A stretch of DNA of 10,605 bases, from contig JALGVI010000094.1 in the NCBI GenBank assembly GCA_029838215.1, positions 1 through 10,605 of the forward strand, written 5' to 3'. The notes under the pieces are model-generated. The model was not told the origin of the DNA. It ran no database searches and saw only the letters and a list, made by a program, of their open reading frames with translations. The DNA comes from Candidatus Helarchaeota archaeon. GTDB lineage: Archaea; Asgardarchaeota; Lokiarchaeia; Helarchaeales; RDOG01. Positions 7,297-10,605 of the stretch are shown piece after piece (position 1 is the stretch's first letter; each line of letters opens with the position of its first letter). The translations under genes were made by a program, and so were the position numbers.

Positions 7297-7989
7297 TTAC
7301 ATCCACATTAGGATGACGCCTCTCAATTTTAAATCTCGGATAATTGTCATGGTGCGATTGATTTCCAATCCAATGTCTTGGGAAAGTTGCTTACCATTAT
7401 ATCTTCCATTTTTTAACTCATTCAAGATCATGTCGATCCAGTCAGACTCGATCCCCAATCTGCTTAGAAATGTTTTATATCCCTTATTTTGACGTAAATA
7501 TGAATTATAAAGGTATAACCCTCGTTCGTCTATTGTAAAAAAATATTTTTCTGGATTTTCAATTAATTCCAGCAAGGGAGGTGGAATTGAAACCCTGATT
7601 ATGTCCTTCAAGTTATCTTCAATGATATCTCCCATTCCCGTAAAATCGGCTAACCTGCCGCTCCAGTTTTTCAATGTTGCAGCAAAAGTTTTTTGGATCT
7701 GAGTAAGTATGAAATCTAGCCTCGTTTTAAGTAATTCAACATCGGTCATCGTGGTTCCTCCACATACCAAGGCTGCACAGATGTTTTCACCATATGCTAA
7801 GATGACTTTTACATCACCTTTTTCGATAACTCTCAAAGGATCAGCCGTTGGAAGAACTTCCTTCGAAAAATTCTCAATTGCCGTCAAAAATGCCGTGACA
7901 AGATCTTGATCTATCTTAACGGCTCCAAATCGCTTGTGAAATATCGTTTGTCCTCCTTTATAGATACAATACAAATCATACAGATCCAT
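7297..7989 (-). CDS. Longin-like domain protein with C-terminal winged helix-turn-helix
   Basis: The first ~125 aa follow the longin pattern (two strands, DQDLVTAFLTAIENFSKEV helix, three strands, C-terminal helix). The C-terminus GKQLSQDIGLEINRTMTIIRDLKLRGVI has a wHTH pattern. AGGAG RBS. Confidence 0.72.
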   Translation of the reverse strand: MDLYDLYCIYKGGQTIFHKRFGAVKIDQDLVTAFLTAIENFSKEVLPTADPLRVIEKGDVKVILAYGENICAALVCGGTTMTDVELLKTRLDFILTQIQKTFAATLKNWSGRLADFTGMGDIIEDNLKDIIRVSIPPPLLELIENPEKYFFTIDERGLYLYNSYLRQNKGYKTFLSRLGIESDWIDMILNELKNGRYNGKQLSQDIGLEINRTMTIIRDLKLRGVILMWM

Positions 7990-8128
7990 TTTATGTCGCT
8001 CCTAATACATCTACATAAGAATCTCCAAAATAAACAATACTTATTTTATGAGAAAAAAGATAAAAGAATTTTCATCATCTGTTCGAATATTCAAAACTTG
8101 ATCATTTTTTTTAAAAGGAGAAAAATTC

Positions 8129-8791
8129 ATGCCTGATATTGAACGCTCATTGGTCCTCCTAAAACCCGATGCGTGGTTGAGAAAATATATTGGGGCAAAA
8201 ATATTGGAGGAATTTTTAAATCGGTCTGATTTCAGGATCGTTTCATTCAAACAAATAAAAGCTTCCCCGGCTCTAGCAAGAAAGCATTATGAAGAACATG
8301 AAGGCAAATCCTTCTATCAAGGTCTTATTCATTTCATTTGTTTAAGTCCTATTCTGGCAATGGAAATTGAGGGAAATAATGTCATAAAAAAAATTCGCGA
8401 TTTTTTGGGTGCCACGTTCGTTCAAAAGGCAGATGCCAATTCAATACGGGGAAAATATGGAATTTGGGCCGGAATTAACCTCGTACATGCTTCTGATTCT
8501 CCAATAAGTGCCGAGCGGGAGTTGAACCTGTGGAAAGAACACGGTAAAATGGAACGTCTTCCTGATTCAATTCAAGAAGTGAAAAAATATGTTTCAAAAT
8601 GGAAGACACACGCAATAAATCGAACGCAGGAATTACGACGGCTTTGTAAAGAATTAATTGAACGACCCGAGAATCAAAAACGCATCAAGTCTGCATTAAC
8701 CTTGGAGCTTGAAAAGGAATGCGTGGAAACGGATTCTGACACGATTACCCGTTTTGCAGATATAATTATGAATAATATATTAGGAAAATAA
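8129..8791 (+). CDS. ndk: Nucleoside diphosphate kinase with ~80-aa C-terminal helical extension
   Basis: SLVLLKPDA, HYEEHEGKSFY, IRDFLGAT, SIRGKYG, NLVHASDS with the catalytic His (codon 8486-8488). AGGAG RBS. Confidence 0.93.
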   Translation: MPDIERSLVLLKPDAWLRKYIGAKILEEFLNRSDFRIVSFKQIKASPALARKHYEEHEGKSFYQGLIHFICLSPILAMEIEGNNVIKKIRDFLGATFVQKADANSIRGKYGIWAGINLVHASDSPISAERELNLWKEHGKMERLPDSIQEVKKYVSKWKTHAINRTQELRRLCKELIERPENQKRIKSALTLELEKECVETDSDTITRFADIIMNNILGK

Positions 8792-8807
8792 AAAATGATG
8801 GACGAAT

Positions 8808-9026
8808 TCATCCTTTTCGCGTGATTTTCATCTCTGATTTTCGGGTTATTTTCTGATATTTTTTGGTCCACTTAAGTCGTCTTGGGTTTCTTTTTAACTT
8901 CAACTGGCACTTATGACATTTACTCGAACAAAAATAAAATACAGTGCCATCATGCAAGGCGTACATGTGACCCGTTCCAAGTTCGATTTGAGAACCACAA
9001 AACGAACATTCACGATACTTTACCAT
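8808..9026 (-). CDS. rpl24e: 50S ribosomal protein L24e
   Basis: CSFCG..IE.GTG.MY...DG.V.YFCSSKC zinc motif and RNPRRLKWT; follows rps28e. Confidence 0.96.
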   Translation of the reverse strand: MVKYRECSFCGSQIELGTGHMYALHDGTVFYFCSSKCHKCQLKLKRNPRRLKWTKKYQKITRKSEMKITRKG

Positions 9027-9040
9027 TTTTTTTCACTACA

Positions 9041-9259
9041 TCACGGTGCTTTAATCTTTCTTGCTTCACGTTCTGTTTCTCTCATTATCAAAATATCATT
9101 TAAGCGAATTGGACCCTTGACATTCCTTGTTATGATGCGTCCTTTATCCCGTCCTGCTAAAATCCGAACTTTCACCTGAGTTATTTCACCTGTTGTTCCC
9201 GTTCTCCCGATAATCTGAATGATTTCACCGGGAGTTACTTCTTCGATATCTTGGCTCAT
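9041..9259 (-). CDS. rps28e: 30S ribosomal protein S28e
   Basis: [39 protein letters not shown]...ETEREAR signature. GAGGT RBS. Confidence 0.97.
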   Translation of the reverse strand: MSQDIEEVTPGEIIQIIGRTGTTGEITQVKVRILAGRDKGRIITRNVKGPIRLNDILIMRETEREARKIKAP

Positions 9260-9302
9260 TTTTTTACCTCAATTGTAATTCAAGTTTAATCGTCTTTATT
9301 TT

Positions 9303-9674
9303 CTATTTCAATCCCAAGGTCTCCAATTTTTCTGCAATACCCTTGATTGTTTTTATCGCGTTACCAGGGTCCGTTATTGCAACAGCAGCTGTCGGCACGT
9401 CAATTCCGCAGGCACGACCGAGTTGTTTCTTGCCCGGTAAGTATGAATAAGGTATTTTCTTCTCATTACACAGTTCTGGTAAATGGGCAACAACCTCTGG
9501 AGGATCTACGTCCATTGCAATGACGACAAATTTTGCTCTTCCACGTTCTATCGCTTTCGTGGCTTCATTAGTTCCTTTCTTTATTTTACCCGAATCACGA
9601 GCGGTTTCTAAAGCAAATACCGTCTCGTCCTGTAATTCTTTTGATGGTTCAAAACGAATGTGAATTTTTGACAT
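9303..9674 (-). CDS. rpl7ae: 50S ribosomal protein L7Ae (k-turn-binding)
   Basis: GKIKKGTNEATKAIERG.AK.V.IA.DVDP.EVVAHLP.LC.EK.IPY, LGRACGI.V..AAVAI. GAGGT RBS. Confidence 0.97.
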   Translation of the reverse strand: MSKIHIRFEPSKELQDETVFALETARDSGKIKKGTNEATKAIERGRAKFVVIAMDVDPPEVVAHLPELCNEKKIPYSYLPGKKQLGRACGIDVPTAAVAITDPGNAIKTIKGIAEKLETLGLK

Positions 9675-9681
9675 TTTTTTT

Positions 9682-9711
9682 ACCTCATTTCAGCATCATG
9701 CTTCAATCATT
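9682..9711 (-). promoter_or_regulatory. Candidate k-turn/tandem G.A hairpin in the rpl7ae 5' UTR adjoining the RBS
   Basis: mRNA reads AAUGAUU-GA-AGC-AUGAU-GCU-GA-AAU-GAGGU: tandem sheared G.A pairs stacked on AGC/GCU with a 5-nt loop, 3 nt before the GAGGU RBS. Confidence 0.55.
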
Positions 9712-9761
9712 GGCAACTTATTGATTTGCAATAATGATCGCGAGTTGTAAAAGGGTTTTGG

Positions 9762-9777
9762 TCTTAAAAAAATTTCG
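9762..9777 (-). promoter_or_regulatory. Candidate BRE/TATA promoter of the rpl7ae-rps28e-rpl24e operon
   Basis: Minus strand reads CGAAATTTTTTTAAGA (BRE-like CGAAA, TATA-like TTTTAAGA), about 90 nt upstream of the rpl7ae ATG. Confidence 0.5.
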
Positions 9778-10092
9778 CATTCGGTTTATTCCATTTTCCA
9801 TCGAATACTCATTAATTAAATCCTTAAAGCAATGAATCGAGTAATTTCTCCTAAATATCTTTCATGGATTTCATCATTGTCTCTCCTTATTTTTTTTAAA
9901 ACCTCTTTACATCATTCTTGCTTTTTTCTTACAAATAAAACCAATGAGTTTCAAAAAACGAGATGTTTTTAATTCATGTGATAATTATTTGGTCAAAAGA
10001 ACACTTAATCAAAAGTTCGTGAGTGAATAATTTTCAATTGAATTTTAATCGGACTGAGTTTCTCATGGATATCTTCTTCTCTTCGGAATCGG

Positions 10093-10107
10093 CGAAAGCT
10101 TTAAATA
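10093..10107 (+). promoter_or_regulatory. Candidate BRE/TATA promoter of the wHTH gene
   Basis: CGAAAGC directly followed by TTTAAATA (10100-10107), a close match to the archaeal consensus. Confidence 0.55.
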
Positions 10108-10180
10108 TATTTTTTTTGATAAAATTATCAAATTTTTTTGATATTTTCAATTCATTTTAAAAAAAAGGAGAGCAAAAAAA

Positions 10181-10438
10181 ATGGAAATAACAAACACTCA
10201 CCTGTATAAGGGGAGAGGCGCACTCGAACCTCCAATAAATATGAAAGATTATTTATATTCGATAATAAAACAGAAAGGTCCCATAACGAGGGGAGAATTA
10301 AAAGAATTAACGAACATACCTAGGACAACCCTATACGATACAATTGTCAAACTAATTATTAGCAATAAATTAGAAAAATATTCTATATCAAGCAAAAAAA
10401 GAGGACGTCCAAAAGTCTATTATAAAGCTATCTCTTAA
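10181..10438 (+). CDS. Small winged helix-turn-helix transcriptional regulator (TrmB/ArsR-like N-terminal domain)
   Basis: GPITRGELKELTNIPRTTLYDTIVKL HTH and wing KKRGRPKVYY. AGGAG lies upstream of 10181; an alternative start is ATG 10241. Confidence 0.8.
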   Translation: MEITNTHLYKGRGALEPPINMKDYLYSIIKQKGPITRGELKELTNIPRTTLYDTIVKLIISNKLEKYSISSKKRGRPKVYYKAIS

Positions 10439-10605
10439 AGTAACATCAAAAAAAAGCCGAAATCCCCTCATCATTTAACTTTTTTTTTAATGATTAAGCT
10501 GATTAATTTTTGATCTTAAAGAATAAGAAGTTTTTGCCGTTTTTAAGGAACGTATCAACTTTGGTGGGGTTATTGTCAAAATTTGGACGGTTGAGAATTT
10601 TTATC

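Noticed and set aside
7709-8250. Short ORFs 7709-7909, 7906-8136 and 8041-8250
   Set aside because: They overlap the longin or ndk genes and AT-rich promoter DNA; no motifs.
6020-8807. Three intergenic gaps of exactly 16 nt
   Set aside because: Their sequences and gene orientations differ; most likely coincidence.
8808-8810. TGA stop of rpl24e as a selenocysteine codon
   Set aside because: The protein is already complete, and no SECIS-like structure or conserved downstream coding is evident.
8674-9179. Short ORFs 8674-8871, 8882-9103 and 8913-9179
   Set aside because: They overlap ndk or the ribosomal protein genes as shadows.
44-10098. Exact 10-mer TCGGCGAAAG at 44-53 and 10089-10098
   Set aside because: Many 10-mer matches are expected by chance in 10.6 kb and the flanks do not extend.
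9780-10180. Long AT-rich intergenic region as a possible replication origin or CRISPR array
   Set aside because: No ORB-like repeats, no adjacent cdc6/orc1 gene and no regularly spaced direct repeats.

Overview
AT-rich archaeal window with 13 supportable CDSs, most likely from an Asgard archaeon. That assignment is an inference from archaeal-only ribosomal proteins (L7Ae, S28e, L24e) and an archaeal-type TrpRS occurring with eukaryotic-signature proteins: a Rab-like GTPase, a longin-domain protein and an Rpn11/CSN5-like JAMM protease. Gene order: MglA/CvnD-type GTPase with C-terminal wHTH (+), trpS (-), Rab-like GTPase (+), JAMM protease (-), Gfo/Idh/MocA oxidoreductase (-), ArgF'-type transcarbamylase (+), icd (+), longin-wHTH (-), extended ndk (+), rpl24e/rps28e/rpl7ae (-), small wHTH regulator (+). 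No rRNA, intact tRNA, CRISPR array or transposase is visible. The best lead for an undescribed system is a GTPase (G3 Gln replaced by Lys) and a longin protein that each end in a similar winged-helix domain, recalling the actinobacterial conservon module; they are not in one operon, so the link is a hypothesis. Other leads: a candidate 4Fe-4S TrpRS, an atypical transcarbamylase, ndk inverted relative to the usual archaeal cluster, and a candidate L7Ae-binding k-turn beside the rpl7ae ribosome-binding site. All family assignments come from motif recognition; no database searches were run.
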